From Schizochytrium sp. TIO01 (taxonomy: Eukaryota > Protista > Bigyra: Labyrinthulomycetes), in assembly GCA_004764695.1 (NCBI GenBank), contig SMSO01000031.1, positions 4,564,436-4,628,435 of the forward strand: DNA of 64,000 nucleotides. Direction: 5' to 3'. Position 1 is the first letter of the stretch. Every line of letters starts with the position of its first letter. The notes beneath the pieces were generated by a model. The model was not told the DNA's origin, did not search any database, and saw nothing but the letters and a program-made list of their open reading frames with translations. Made by a program: the position numbers and the translations under genes. Below, piece after piece: positions 23,874 to 36,700 of this stretch.

Positions 23874-25568
23874 ATGGCAACTTCAATCCTTGTCACCGTG
23901 GTGATGGTGTTCGCCATACTTGTCGCGTCTGTGCAAGCTGATTCGGAGAGGCCTTACAACATTCTTTTCGTCCTGGTCGATGACTTGCAACCTGTACTCG
24001 GTGTATATGGTAATGAGGTTGCTCAGACACCCAACATTGATGCATTGCTCAATCGTGGTATTCGCTTCGAAAATATGAATGCCCAAAAGTCAGAATGTGC
24101 CCCTTCACGAATTTCCATGATCACTGGCAAGCGTAACGATGCGATTAAGAGTTGGGCTTTTCTGGGAGACTTCCGCACGAACAACCCGTACCTTCATACA
24201 TGGCCCGGCTGGCTCCGCAAGGACTCAGGCTACAAAACAGTTGGAGTTGGCAAAGTTGTAGATACACGCAGCTTCTTCTCCGAGACGGGAGGCGAAGACA
24301 GTGACGAAATCAACTTTCCAGATCTTTGCGAGAGCTCAGCAGATAAATTTTGTTCTTTTGATGAGTACTACCCCCCTGCTCTTATGCGCAGTCAAACAAG
24401 ATCCGATAACCCTTGTGAGAAATATGTCTTGCGCTGGCCAGCTGATCCACCCAACGAAACTTACGAGGCAGACAAGACGACATTTCTTGAGTATGCATTC
24501 GACACTTCTGTTCAGGATCGTCATCTAGACTACTGCATTCGCAAAGTTGGTGTCGAGAAGCTGAAAGAGCTTGCTAATGACACTAGTACTCCATGGTTTC
24601 TCAGCGTTGGTTTTGTTCAGCCTCACATGCCGTGGGTAGCCCGACATGAAGACTTCGACATTTACCGCACTGTCCCTGATAGCCTCTTGAATCCGGATCC
24701 TTTGGTTGCAGACTCTGTTGGTTGGTGGACCGACAAGACTTACAGCTTTCGCAATAACACCGAACTTGAAAAATACGGTAATCAAGATGACCTAGACGAT
24801 AGCGACCGCGTCCGCGGTTACTATGCCGGAACACATTTTATTGATACACAGGTAGGAGAACTCATGAGTGTTTTTGACAGTGATGAAATATCCGAGGAAG
24901 TCCGTAACAACACGATGATTCTCTTTTGGGGTGACCACGGTTTCCACCTGGGAGACCATGGTTTATTTGGCAAGAAGACTGTTTACGAGCATGCAACCCG
25001 CGTCCCAGCAGGCTTTATTCCCCCTCCTGCTTGGGTTGCGCTGGATTCTTCTCGCCAAAATAATATCGGATCTTACACGTCCTGCCCCTTGGACACCGTT
25101 GACTTCTACCCTACTGTACTCGACATCCTCGGTTCCACACTGCCTCCTGCAGTTGGCTCAAGTGCTCGCCTTGTACTAGCAGGAACCTCCCTGACTGAAC
25201 TTTTCAGTGACAGAGATGCTTGTCCGCGTTCAGTATCCATCTCGCAGTATGAAAAGGATGGCTCTAACATGTCGGGTTCAAAAGTCACGATGGGATATTC
25301 TCTTCGGTCCAAGTGCTACCGTTTCATTGTTTACATGACTTTGAATATGAAGGCGGATGAACCATTACCTTCTGTCAGTACCATGTCTGACGAGGAGCTC
25401 TACCGTTATGCTGAGCCTGGTGTTTGGGAATATGATGATGACATTGATGATACAGATTCTGACAGTGTCAATGCAGAGAGTAAGCTTACTGCAATCGCTT
25501 CCGCTGTGACCGATGGCGACTGGACTCATGTCATTGGCAGCTTGCCCTTCGATATGAACGAATGCTAA
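23874..25568 (+). CDS. Secreted iduronate-2-sulfatase-like S1 sulfatase, copy 4
   Basis: Signal peptide MATSILVTVVMVFAILVASVQA. Motifs: NILFVLVDDL, CAPSRISMITGKR, GKVVD, GFVQPHMPW, GDHGFHLGDHGLFGKKT, MGYSLRS. Intronless. Confidence 0.95.
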   Translation: MATSILVTVVMVFAILVASVQADSERPYNILFVLVDDLQPVLGVYGNEVAQTPNIDALLNRGIRFENMNAQKSECAPSRISMITGKRNDAIKSWAFLGDFRTNNPYLHTWPGWLRKDSGYKTVGVGKVVDTRSFFSETGGEDSDEINFPDLCESSADKFCSFDEYYPPALMRSQTRSDNPCEKYVLRWPADPPNETYEADKTTFLEYAFDTSVQDRHLDYCIRKVGVEKLKELANDTSTPWFLSVGFVQPHMPWVARHEDFDIYRTVPDSLLNPDPLVADSVGWWTDKTYSFRNNTELEKYGNQDDLDDSDRVRGYYAGTHFIDTQVGELMSVFDSDEISEEVRNNTMILFWGDHGFHLGDHGLFGKKTVYEHATRVPAGFIPPPAWVALDSSRQNNIGSYTSCPLDTVDFYPTVLDILGSTLPPAVGSSARLVLAGTSLTELFSDRDACPRSVSISQYEKDGSNMSGSKVTMGYSLRSKCYRFIVYMTLNMKADEPLPSVSTMSDEELYRYAEPGVWEYDDDIDDTDSDSVNAESKLTAIASAVTDGDWTHVIGSLPFDMNEC

Positions 25569-25927
25569 GACCCCATAGTTTAGTTCTCTCCCAGGTTTTG
25601 TAATGTTTTGTTTTATCTTGATTTGCTTTGCCCACTTCATTTGCCTTTAAAAATTAACTTTTTTGTAGTTTACAGCATCAGTTATTCTTCATCACTTTAT
25701 AATTTGATCACCTTGGACAAAACTTGCTGTTCGGGTTTGAAACAAGTTGTTTGAGACGAGAACATTATTACTTATATTCCTCTGAGTCCAACCGTGCCCA
25801 TGAGCATCATATTTTGCTCCACACCTAAAATTCAGATAATACAACCTCTTTATTTCTCAAGTTGATTACAGTTGTTGATAAGCTTGCTACTTAGTACAAT
25901 GAATGGTAGAAAATAAAATTAAGAGTA

Positions 25928-28462
25928 TTAGAGTGCTTGGTGAAAGATGTTTTCCACTAAAAGAGCGCAAGAAAGCTTCCCCGTTTGCTGATGATCGTAA
26001 GCATCGAAAATTGCGTTAGCATCCTGCTCCCAGCAGTTAACTTGTGCCATAGCTCCACGAAACTGATTCCGGGTAATATCATGGCCTGCGCCTACGCAAG
26101 CGTTTTGAAGAAGCCTTTGGAGGGCCCTTTTTTGTTGATGCAGCTCACCAAATTGCGTTGAAACCTCCATTTTGTTCCGAATCGATTGAATTAAACTCTG
26201 CACACGAGATGTTAAGTTCCCGGTGTGTACGATCAATTCATCTTCAGAGCTGATTGAGCCGGTGGAGAGTAAAGGAACTGGTGTAGCAGAAACCATCACT
26301 GGCGCTTCGCGATGATCATCACCATATACAGCACTAATGATTGTTTGGGCTGTAATGTCAGAACCCTGAACAGCCTGGAGACGTTCATAAAGAAACTCAC
26401 AATCTGATCCAAAACATGAAAAGCCAGCCATGGCCAGAGTGAAACCCTCACGATCCAGAAGCCATGTGCTTTCATCTTTGTCACTTGGCACTGCGAAGCG
26501 CTTCAGGTAGGCACGCAACATGCGTATTTGGTCAAATCTTGTCCCAAAACGAGTACGCTGTTCGGTCGTGGCACGAACCGCTTCTAGAATTTGATTTAGC
26601 TTCTGGTCAACAGCATCACTATATAATCCGAGCGGAATCGTGAAAGGTGGGCAGCCCTGGAGGGAAGTTCGATGCTGGATTTGAGCATCCTTCTGCTCTG
26701 ACGGAGAGAGTTCAGAAGGTAAGCCGCAAGACTCAAGAAATCGTTTCGCATACATGTCACAGTTGATAATCCGCATTGCCCGGCCAAAAGCATTGATTAC
26801 AGCACCCACGTAGAGGTCTTCTGGACGATAGGGAGCACAGTCGTCATTCATAGGGTTGGGCAACGCTTGGCGGTTTAAATTCAAGAGCGCCTGCCGCTGG
26901 CGACCTGAATTTCTTTCATTTACTTCGCGCAGCTCCATAGTATCATCACTCAGATAGTACAGAAGCTTAAATGTTCGACGTCCACCCCCCACGCCAGGAT
27001 CGTTCCACTCAACAGCAAATTGCATCACTTTACCATCATTTTCGATAAATTTTCGAGACGTCTTTGATGAAGAAGAGATTTCCGGAGTTGAAATGCGACG
27101 ACGAACTGGAGAGTCTTGGGCAAAGTTTTGCTGACGCAATTCTTCTTTACATGGAGGGTCTTCGGGAACGGACAATGCTGGAAGCATGCGTATATCAGGA
27201 TAGGTTTGCTTCATGTAGTCGCGTGCTTTTTTGTCTGCATCAACAATATGCATCATGAGCCCCTTCAATTCAATCTTGCTACCAACCAGCATATCCTTGA
27301 GCAGTACTGGACTTTTGCGCCGTCCCAGAAACTGCAAAGGCCGACCTTCTCCAGAGGTGTTTTCACTCACAGTTATTGTGTCATCTTCTAGAAAATAGCG
27401 AAGCACAAATGTCCTAATGCGAAAACTACGTTCCTCCTTGGTGTCAAAAGTCCTTGTTTTGGGGTCAAATAGGCCGGCGTGTGCTCTGGTAATTTCTTTG
27501 TAATAAAGCGAATAACACAGTGTTATGCCATCAAAGCGAATCCACTGAGGCACAGTAGGCTTCCCAGGCCGTGGGGCGTCAGGGTGACGTTGTGCTCTCG
27601 TTGCCTCAGTCTCGTAGATGCCCTGCTGGGGAATTTGTTTTTGTACAAACTGCTGAGATCCGATGCACACCTGAGAATTTGCCATACCTGTGCTATTTTC
27701 AGATACGCTGGATTCATATTTAGTCTTAGCATCTATCTCATTAGATATAGGAATGCGCCAAAGTGCGTAAACAAGAGCTATGAACTCCTCATCACGCTCA
27801 ACCATAGCACTCAAATTTTTATGATACTGCATAAATTCCTCGTCGTTCACCTCAGTCTCGTCCTCAAGATGATCCCACTGACGAAGAAAGTCTCGTAAAG
27901 CTTGAGCTGCGGACTGTTTACCAGCCTCCACCGCTGGATGGCGTGAAGCATCATATACTAATTCTAGTTCCTCAAGAGTAACACATCCATCACGCGTCTT
28001 GTCAAGACTTGCGAATGCTACCTCAATTGCGTTCTCCCGAGATTTGCACAGAGGACCACGCAAACCTCGCAAGAACTCTGCTTGGGAGATTGCACCGTCG
28101 TGGTCTCGATCAAAGAATGCAAAGACTTCTTGTACTTCTACTGAGTTCATGCGTACACCAAGGTCTTCGAGTCCAAACTGAAGCTCATCCTTTGTTAAGA
28201 CGCCATCTCCGTTATCATCCATGATACGCAAGAGCCTCACGAAGTCATGCATGCCATGAAGGCCTCTAGAGGCAATTTTGGCTCGAAGACGTCCCACAGC
28301 AGGTGGTTCTAAGCGAGTTTTGTTGTTATTACGAGACATTCCAAAATTCGCCTTCGCAAGGAAAGTTGCAGAGGTGGCTTGCGGTACTGGCCCAAGACCC
28401 ATGAGCATTGCGTTCGTCTTTTCACGCTGCCTTAGCATCTCTGCTTGCGCATAGCGAGACAT
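25928..28462 (-). CDS. Calcyphosin-like EF-hand plus DM10-domain (EFHC/RIB72-like) protein, probably flagellar
   Basis: ATG at 28462 in a GCCACCATG context (844 aa). EF-hand loops DDNGDGVLTKDE, DRDHDGAISQAE and DKTRDGCVTLEE sit in a calcyphosin-like module (LRAKIASRG..., YDASRHP). Two DM10-like repeats follow (FVLRYFLEDDTITVSE; FKLLYYLSDDTMELRE..NSGR...DLYVGAVINAFGR), plus a degenerate C-terminal EF-hand. Confidence 0.85.
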   Translation of the reverse strand: MSRYAQAEMLRQREKTNAMLMGLGPVPQATSATFLAKANFGMSRNNNKTRLEPPAVGRLRAKIASRGLHGMHDFVRLLRIMDDNGDGVLTKDELQFGLEDLGVRMNSVEVQEVFAFFDRDHDGAISQAEFLRGLRGPLCKSRENAIEVAFASLDKTRDGCVTLEELELVYDASRHPAVEAGKQSAAQALRDFLRQWDHLEDETEVNDEEFMQYHKNLSAMVERDEEFIALVYALWRIPISNEIDAKTKYESSVSENSTGMANSQVCIGSQQFVQKQIPQQGIYETEATRAQRHPDAPRPGKPTVPQWIRFDGITLCYSLYYKEITRAHAGLFDPKTRTFDTKEERSFRIRTFVLRYFLEDDTITVSENTSGEGRPLQFLGRRKSPVLLKDMLVGSKIELKGLMMHIVDADKKARDYMKQTYPDIRMLPALSVPEDPPCKEELRQQNFAQDSPVRRRISTPEISSSSKTSRKFIENDGKVMQFAVEWNDPGVGGGRRTFKLLYYLSDDTMELREVNERNSGRQRQALLNLNRQALPNPMNDDCAPYRPEDLYVGAVINAFGRAMRIINCDMYAKRFLESCGLPSELSPSEQKDAQIQHRTSLQGCPPFTIPLGLYSDAVDQKLNQILEAVRATTEQRTRFGTRFDQIRMLRAYLKRFAVPSDKDESTWLLDREGFTLAMAGFSCFGSDCEFLYERLQAVQGSDITAQTIISAVYGDDHREAPVMVSATPVPLLSTGSISSEDELIVHTGNLTSRVQSLIQSIRNKMEVSTQFGELHQQKRALQRLLQNACVGAGHDITRNQFRGAMAQVNCWEQDANAIFDAYDHQQTGKLSCALLVENIFHQAL

Positions 28463-29861
28463 GGTGGCCCCTTGAGGCCCTTCTCTTCCCTTCACAACTT
28501 GCGAGCCCACAGGTCCAGGAGCTGTCTCTTTCGAAGGAGTTGCTGGTTTACCGCTTTAACGTAACTAGCCGCCTGAGCTTTTGACCTCCTCAACGTTGAT
28601 AGTAGCGCCGTCGTCGTTAAAATCTTGTCTTCTGTTATTGTAGGACTGCTGGGTTTTCCTCAAACAGAACCTGCATCGATGATTTTGCGCAACAGTACTA
28701 ACCCAATTTTTTCGTTTCATCCACGTGCTGCTTATAAATGTCGGTTTCGTGAGGGTACACACCTCGGCTATCCCATTGTTCTCAACCCCCCCTACTTGTA
28801 TCTAATAAGTAGCCTGATATTACTGAAATGACTAGTAAAACCGAGTAGAACATAGTTTTTTTGGTTTAACAGTTGTGTTGTAGCATTTAAAGCGTACTGA
28901 AACCAAATACGAAGATGCGGTGTAGGCTATATCAGATCGTTATTTTTTAGGCGTTCAATCATCTATTCACAAATTACATAGGAAGCATAGAAACTAGATT
29001 TCACAACGGTTTCCTATACATTGATTTAGCCTACTCAAGAATATTTTCCTAAAATTTCTACACAGCTTTATTAAACACAGGTCATGGAGTGGACTAGGTA
29101 TGTTGTGCAACAAATTTGCTCATGCATATTGAAAGCTTTCTTTACAAATTTACAAATACAAGTTTTGCCGCCCTTAGTGTTTTGTGGAAATCATTGCGAC
29201 ATATAATAGACGCAAGGGAATTATATACTAGTTGACAAATTTGATTTTTTTTTAAATAGCAAAAACGAAACTAACTCATTTAATTATAATAAAAATCCAT
29301 CCCAAAATCGTAGCAGTAACAGAACAACTAGTACTACTACCATGTTAGCATCATTCAAAAACTTTTGCTAATTTGTTTACAGGATGAACTCCCTCCCTAA
29401 GTCTCTAACAACAAAAGTGTTGTATGAATAATAAGTAACAACTTTGCCAAGGCGAGCAGAGAAAAAAAGCCGTCGTACGAGAAATAATATGCATGTATCA
29501 TGAAGCTGCCTATCATAGCGAGAAGACATCGACAACTTTTTCGTAATTTATATACCAGCTACAGGGGCACAAGCAACAATGCAAAAACCCACTCCATTCC
29601 ACTAAGGAAAAGATTGTAGAGTTTAGAGCTTAGAACACCTGACATACGATGCACGGGAGTAATACCCCTTCGGGCTTGCACAATTAGAAGGCGACTTGGA
29701 CTTTCAATAATCAGTTTAAGTAATAACTAAACTAACATCTTTTCATGCCACATAATGCACTGGTTCAAAAGAACGGAGGGAAAATCAAGTTGGGGAGTAA
29801 TCCAAGTGTTAAAAGAAAGAAACAGAAGGCACGTAAAATAGGAAGCAGAGAAGAAGATTGT

Positions 29862-30787
29862 TTACTCAGCAACAATATCAGAGTCACCAGGGTCAGTGAT
29901 AGCGAGCATGGAGACACGGAAGTAGCGACCGCAGGAGGTACCGAGGTCGGTGTTGTTGCCGTTGTAGTGGGTGACGTTGCACTTGCCGAGCATGGCGTAG
30001 TACTCAACCTCAGACTTGCGGAGGGGAGGGCAGTTGCTCGAGATGATGACGAGCTTAGCCTTGCCGCTGCGGAGAGACTTGATGGTGGACTTGTAGCCGA
30101 GGCTGTACTTGCCACTCTTCATGACAAGCGCCAGCTTGGCGTTGATGTTGTCCGTCGTCTTCTTCTTGTTCTGTGTGTTTCAATATATCAAAGCAAATTT
30201 GTACAGTTAGATCTCCATCATAAGTATAAATACCAGTTGTGTTTCGAAGAGCTCCACTTTACGGCTCCAAGATATCAAGTCCCAACATATTTCTTCAACC
30301 CGTGCCATAAGAAACAGAATGCGATGAACTTGAAAAACAGTCACTGTTGGATTATCCAATCTGAACTGATTCAACACAACACAAGACGTATAATATTCTT
30401 GGTTGATGTCAACTCCAGCCAGTATGAACTTATTAACCACAGGTGACCATCGTGTCCTTCATAGTTTATGCAGCATTTCCATAGGTCACCCCACCTAGCA
30501 TGAGCTGCACAAATAAGCGTGCTAAATCTCTGGTGTTGCAAGTGCGAGCTTCCCCCAGCTCTACTCGCACAGATGCACATCCAAAGTATTCACAGTGCAG
30601 TACAGCCCAAGACGTTCAAGTGAGAGAAGAAGCACGACTCATGACCTTGCATGGCATGATGTCGGAAATGTTGGTCCTCAAAGATGTCGCCTGGCGGTCC
30701 TTTCGCGTGAGAGAGCAGCGGTGTCGCAGAGGAGCTCCGCGGCAGCAGCGTGCGAGCGCTGTAGTCCTGACGTACCTGCTTCGGCAT
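29862..30787 (-). CDS. RPL30: 60S ribosomal protein L30 (eL30); exons 30787-30776 and 30170-29862
   Basis: Spliced product MPKQ|[27 protein letters not shown]...[15 protein letters not shown]...[23 protein letters not shown] (106 aa). GCCACCATG start context; strong C/G-ending codon bias. Confidence 0.97.
30171..30775 (-). other. Spliceosomal intron of RPL30 (605 nt, phase 0)
   Basis: Donor CAG|GTACGT at 30775, branch-like CTAAC at 30210-30206, acceptor ACAG at 30171. Splicing restores the conserved eL30 N-terminus. Confidence 0.9.
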
Positions 30788-33700
30788 GGTGGCGAGTGTT
30801 GGGTCTCAGGGATCTCAGGAATGGCCTCCCCCTGAATGCTCGATGTGCTGCAAGAGCTCGTTGGTTTCTGGTCGAGTAATCAAATGAGAGGATGGATGGT
30901 TCTCAGTGCTAATTAGGATAAGCACATGGCGCCACCCATTGATGTAATTTAGGGGTTCCTATATTACCGCGGATTCACAGCACACTGTAGAACCCCTCAT
31001 TCGGAAATAGGTATTTACTCTATCCGGCGCATAGTAGCGCCGTAAAAAGACGGGAGTGAATGTAGGAAGTTATAAAGTAGTAGATTAAAGGTTAGATATA
31101 GGGCTAGATGAGGAGGAAGTATCGAGCGATGAGTGGCGGATGAAGAAGTGCCAGTTGGGTTGGCTTGAGAAAGATGAATGGCGACCTCGTGCTACTGCAA
31201 CAACTATTTGGCAGAATTCTGTAGATTGGCTCACAATAGTAGCACTGATAGCTTGATACCATACTAAGATTGAATGGCAATATGATAGGATTCAATTTCC
31301 ATGAGCTGAAAAGAGTCCAATGCTGTGATTTGAGTGTGTACCAGAATGAGTTTTCTTAGTGGTAATAATACAGGAGTACCTGATCATGCCATCTCGGAAC
31401 TCTCATCATTGATGACTTGGAGTCGCGGGCAGCCAACAAAGAGTACCGAGGTTATAAGCCCGAAATTGGGTTGCGGAAATTGTGATCTTGTGCTGTCTGG
31501 AAGCCCGAAGTACTACTGGTTGTAAGTAAATAGATACGGGTGATGAGATGACTTACTGTTCAGGATATGATAGATTTGAAGATTACTCTGTAAGATTATC
31601 AAATTCATTGTGTATAAAACACACTTAAACACCTACAATATCTGTATGTTTGTATCTAATGATTGAAGAAGTCTCTTTAGTTACAAATAAATGAACTCAT
31701 TTCACCTAGCTTACTGCGTGACTACATTGATACAGCGCAACTGTATAAATTCGAGCCATATGCCAATACCTCATACTCATGCTCATCTTTTCGAACGATG
31801 AACCTCTAGCTAGGCGGGGCCTCCTTCGAGCTTGTGCTCAACCAAAAGATGGCTTGGTTTTATATTACTGCCTTGCTAAGAACAGAGCTCTCCAGCAGGA
31901 ACATCTTGACAGGAATTAGCCTATATGCAACGTCATAAACGGTCGAAGTAAAGAAGGGCTAGTGATCATAGCTGACTTTCAAAAACTTCCTCTACTTGAT
32001 GCGAACCATAATCAAAGGAGAGGATTCAAATGGCAACTTTGACAAGTTCGCTATCACTTGAGTTTTCACGAGTGACATCAGGTTTAGGTGTGCTATATCA
32101 TCGCTAGATGTCTTTGATCGCAATTGATCTGAATAGTAAATTTTTGGTCAACACAATGGATCTTACAGTTTATCAAGATACGCTAGGGGGGGGAGATAAG
32201 ACGATTAAAATTCATGATCGAGAATGAGACCAGGGAGTTTAAAGTATATGTTTTCAATCAAGATTTAAATTTGATGTTTTCTAAAATGATTTTTTTAATA
32301 AAGCCCGAATAATGTGTAGGTACTTCTGTCTGAGATGCTAGGTTATTGGTCAACAGAATCATCTTGTATTTTTGTGTAATATTCTTCGAAATAGCTATTT
32401 CTTCTTATGGTTCTAATTCAGAGCACTTTCTTTATTTAGATAAAAGGCTATCAATACCTTGTCGGGGTTGAAACAAAACATTCAATTAATTCGGGAGACT
32501 GCTGAAGATTGTCAAAGATTTAATTACTCCGTGGTGCTATGGATTAGCTTGATAGTTCTTGATCATAGCTAGAAGTTGAATGTTTTGCTTTTACTAGCTT
32601 CGCCAGCTTGCTTCATGTTTACACGAAGATAATTACCTGATGATGTTCGTGCCTTGTAGATATCTTTGAGAGACAGACATTCATCTCATCCTCAATCCTG
32701 TCAGGTGATATGATTGATTCAAGATTCACCTGATGGCATATGCGCAACTTTTCAAACAGGACTAGATGAGAAGTTATGGAAGGTGATGCGTGAGCTTACT
32801 AAAGACAGCTTGAAGTTGCTAAATTCACTGGATTAAGCGTTGGTGCTTTGGTGAATGTAAAGGAAGGTACGAATGCCTTTCAATGAGATACTTCTAAGAG
32901 TTCGTACCTTTTTTCTCAACTCTTCAACTATGGCTTGAATGTCGCCCAGTATTTGGCATGAGAACATGTTATTGTTACGAAATCGACATTAAAGAGGGAT
33001 GGTATATCCACTCACCAATTGTTACTGCCGAGATACATTACAGGTGATTTACAGTAAACGAGCCAGCGTTTACTTATTCAACAAAATAGCGAAGTCTCGT
33101 GTGTTACCCATCAATAGAAAGAACAACGTTGAATATTAGATGCGGGCGACGTTCTTGCAAGGCATATTCATGTAGAAGTTTGCTAGGGATCTTACTGGTT
33201 AGATTAATCGAATCTTTGCTGTGTATATTCTTTGCTAAAGGTGGAGATTAATTTCATGAGATGTCCCAGAGCTGAGTGGCACTGCCACACTTCCCTCAAT
33301 GTATCTTATGCAGGTATTCTGCTTGGCACCCATAATGGTTTTGTTTCGACGAATATATAAGTAAGCACGAAAACATAAATTTGGCAATGAAACAGAAGCT
33401 TCTATAATAGCACCTAAGCGTAAAATGTAGAACAGAGCGCTGTTTCGGAAAAATCCAACGGCAGAAGAACGAGAGAGGTTTTAGACTAATTATATACGAT
33501 GTCATTAATACCTGAGACAGTGTGTCCAGTTAAATGGACACGTCCATTCGGGATACTCATACATACAACCATTAGATTGATATTGATAGAAATCAGTCGT
33601 ACTGAAGCGTTTGGTTTATTAGTTTCGAAATGGTATGGGCTTGATTACATATTCCTGGACAACGTTCCTGGGCAAAGTTTGTGCATTAAAGCAACCTCTG

Positions 33701-36700
33701 TGTTCTAGCATTTACTACTAGATGGCTCACATTTCAGTGGCTTGCAATGAGAGTGTGTGGCATGCTCAACCGCAAAAGCACTTCCTGTTCATAGACTTAT
33801 TACTGTATTGAATCCTCTCTCAATTCTACGTTACAAATATTTCCAGTTATAGAACCTTAGTGCTCCTGCTCTAAAGCCGCATAATTTAGCTAGTTTTGTA
33901 AAGAAAGTATTCGCGAACAAGCTTCCTTTACTGAACAATAACGTAAAGCCTGACTAATGTCTTTAGTCAACGAGGTGCTCACCTCAAGGGCCTACGTAAG
34001 ATCGTGCGTTCAGAATATAAGTCTTACACCCAACATATCTAGTCTTAAGAATAGAAAGTATCTACATGATCGTTAACGCAAAGCGATTTTATACCAAGTG
34101 CTGGAGTAAAAGATCGCTCAAAGTACTGAGTTTTAAGTTACATGAAAGCATTTGAATAGCAGGCTGCAACTTTAAAGTTAGACATTAACCCTACTTTGGA
34201 AACCATGGAGTAATACAGGAAAAGGGGGGTATTTTTCAGTACAAAGGCACCATACAATGGCCTGAGATGATTATCTTGTTTAATTGACCATTTTCAGTTG
34301 CTCATGTATTCCTTTTCCTCAACACAAGCCCAAATGACTTCCTTTTTAGCTTCAATCTTATTCTGTGAAATTTGTACTGACTATCTTTGTTACAGGAAAA
34401 CATAGTTTATAGTAAAGATTATGCCTACTCTTATGGTACGGTACTTCTGGTTGTTTAGACGTAGTGTGATGTATGTAACGCAATGATCTTATTTCTAACG
34501 TTTTCTCAACTCCTGGCCAGCTTTTTACATGGTGATGTTATATGTGATAATTGAACACAATTATAAAATGCGACATGCTGGCAATAATTATGGAACTCCA
34601 TGGCATACCCATTGCGTCCTAAACCACTAAACACAATCCTTAAAGCGTCTATATAACCGTAAAAAATCAAGACTTATTTTTGCAGAAAGAGTGCATTTAA
34701 ACTAATAAAATTGTAGAGAATGATGCAAGCTAGATGCGTATGTAAAAGAAATAAAGTGATATGTTGCGACTCCACTTTTCGAGGGGGGGGGGGGAAGTCC
34801 ATATGTTCTTCTTTATTTATTTATTTGAAAGACCTTTTCCAGATAACTGAGCAACTAGAGTGTAGATAGGGTAAATTTCGAGTTAAATTCTGAATTTTTG
34901 AAATGTACATTTGAAAATTTGCAAAGTTTTATTTTTGACTTTTGTCAAGTTTTGCAATTTAATTGATGTACCAAGGTCAATCCCTTTTCGATGGCATTTA
35001 ATTGACGAGCTTTAAAGAGCAGTTGCCAAAAGGTCAAACCCATTAGAAATTCTTGGTGGAATAAATAAACACTTTCCTTTTCAAAATCTTATTATGTTAG
35101 AATCAAAGAGTTTCTTTGCCAGCCAACAACTTTTCAATGTGCAATACACGTCTTTTATAGATTTGTCTCCAACCGACCGTATTGCCGCAGTACTTTTCTG
35201 CTACTTTGGCATCGGGACTATGATCTCACTATCTCTCCCACCTCATTTTCACTTTGGATTTTAGAGTATTTTCGAAAATAATATTTTAAAATTCTTATTA
35301 TAATTGTTATAGTTGAAAAAACATAGGTACCAAGTGGGTAAACTTTCTTAGCAAGGCTCACTGTGTCCAGCGCCAAGTGGGGAGATGATATACACGACGC
35401 ACGAAACACAAAAAGGAGGTGCTCTCCCTTTGTTTACCTCGTTGCCAGTTGACCTATTAAACGAAATTATCAGTTGTTTTGGATTGCACTTGTGGCTTCC
35501 GCCACTACGACCACAAATGTGCTCCAAAAGGGACAAGCAAGATCTGTCACAAGATGGCAGAATAAAAAATTGAGTAAGACCCGATAGGAATGGCAAAGAG
35601 AATTAGTTGATTCCTAAGATGCTATAAGAGTAGGTCCTACCTATTGCCCAGTTAGGCACTACTAGGCATTCATTAGCAATTGGCCACATTTCGAAGTGAC
35701 TTGGGGTGTAGGTGCGTGCTACTACAAGTGTCCAGGCCTTGCACTGACTTTATGGTCTGCCTGGCTACGATTGCAGCAAATTGCCTATATTTACTGCAAG
35801 CTTTCATGGGCTGCCGTTAGTGACTTTAGAATAAAACGCCACGAATAGCTCTTCAAGAATGGAAGATGTTTCAATGCGCTGGAAAAAGGACAGTCGAGTT
35901 TTACATCACACAGTTGCTTTTGTAATTTGTAATTCTAAGGGCCTCCGATATCTGTAAGGCAACACGTGAGAATCCTTACGTAGATTGAGGCCTGGTTCTG
36001 TTGCGTTGGTCTACGTTTAAAGAGGACAATGCATTGGTAATTCGAGGTGAAAGCCAAGCTTTGCGCAGAGCATCGCGAGCTCAAACATTCCTCTGTCCTT
36101 GCTTTTATTATTTTTAGATGACGTATTCCGCTTCTCTCTCGCAAAGCCTGATTTGCAAACTACTAGTAGTACATTATCATCTGGACTAACTAATACATGT
36201 ATGAAGTATTTGGCAGCTTGCTCCAAATCCAAGTGTCTCTTCATTCCAATTGAGCGGTGTCTGCATATGCCACGTGTAGCAGACTGCGCCGTTGAACATC
36301 GCCGGAAACGATGATTCACATTCGGCTTTTTGAATGACTGCCTCTTTGATTCTTATGGCGGCATCAGAACAACAGGTTAACTGAAGATTTCGCTCTTTGC
36401 TATGAAGCAAAAGTCTGATGCGCTATGAGATATTTGCAAGCATTGGCCGAAGACTCCGGCAGTTGCCTTGGTGTTTCTGAATTGCAAATGCTCCTCCTGC
36501 AAATGCTTCTTTTTTATATATTTTTATGATCAGAATTGGCCCACGACTCGCGCCCTCGAGCCATACCATGTGCAGCCTGATGTATGTGCACGACATACCG
36601 TTATCGTGCGCCACGTGCCTCGTGCCCTCAAAAGTGGATAACATTGGCCAACTCGGCGAGCATTTCTGTTGCGTCTCAAATGCTATCATGAGCAAGAACA

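Noticed and set aside
29745-30446. 233-aa + strand ORF
   Set aside because: Antisense shadow of the codon-biased RPL30 exon 2.
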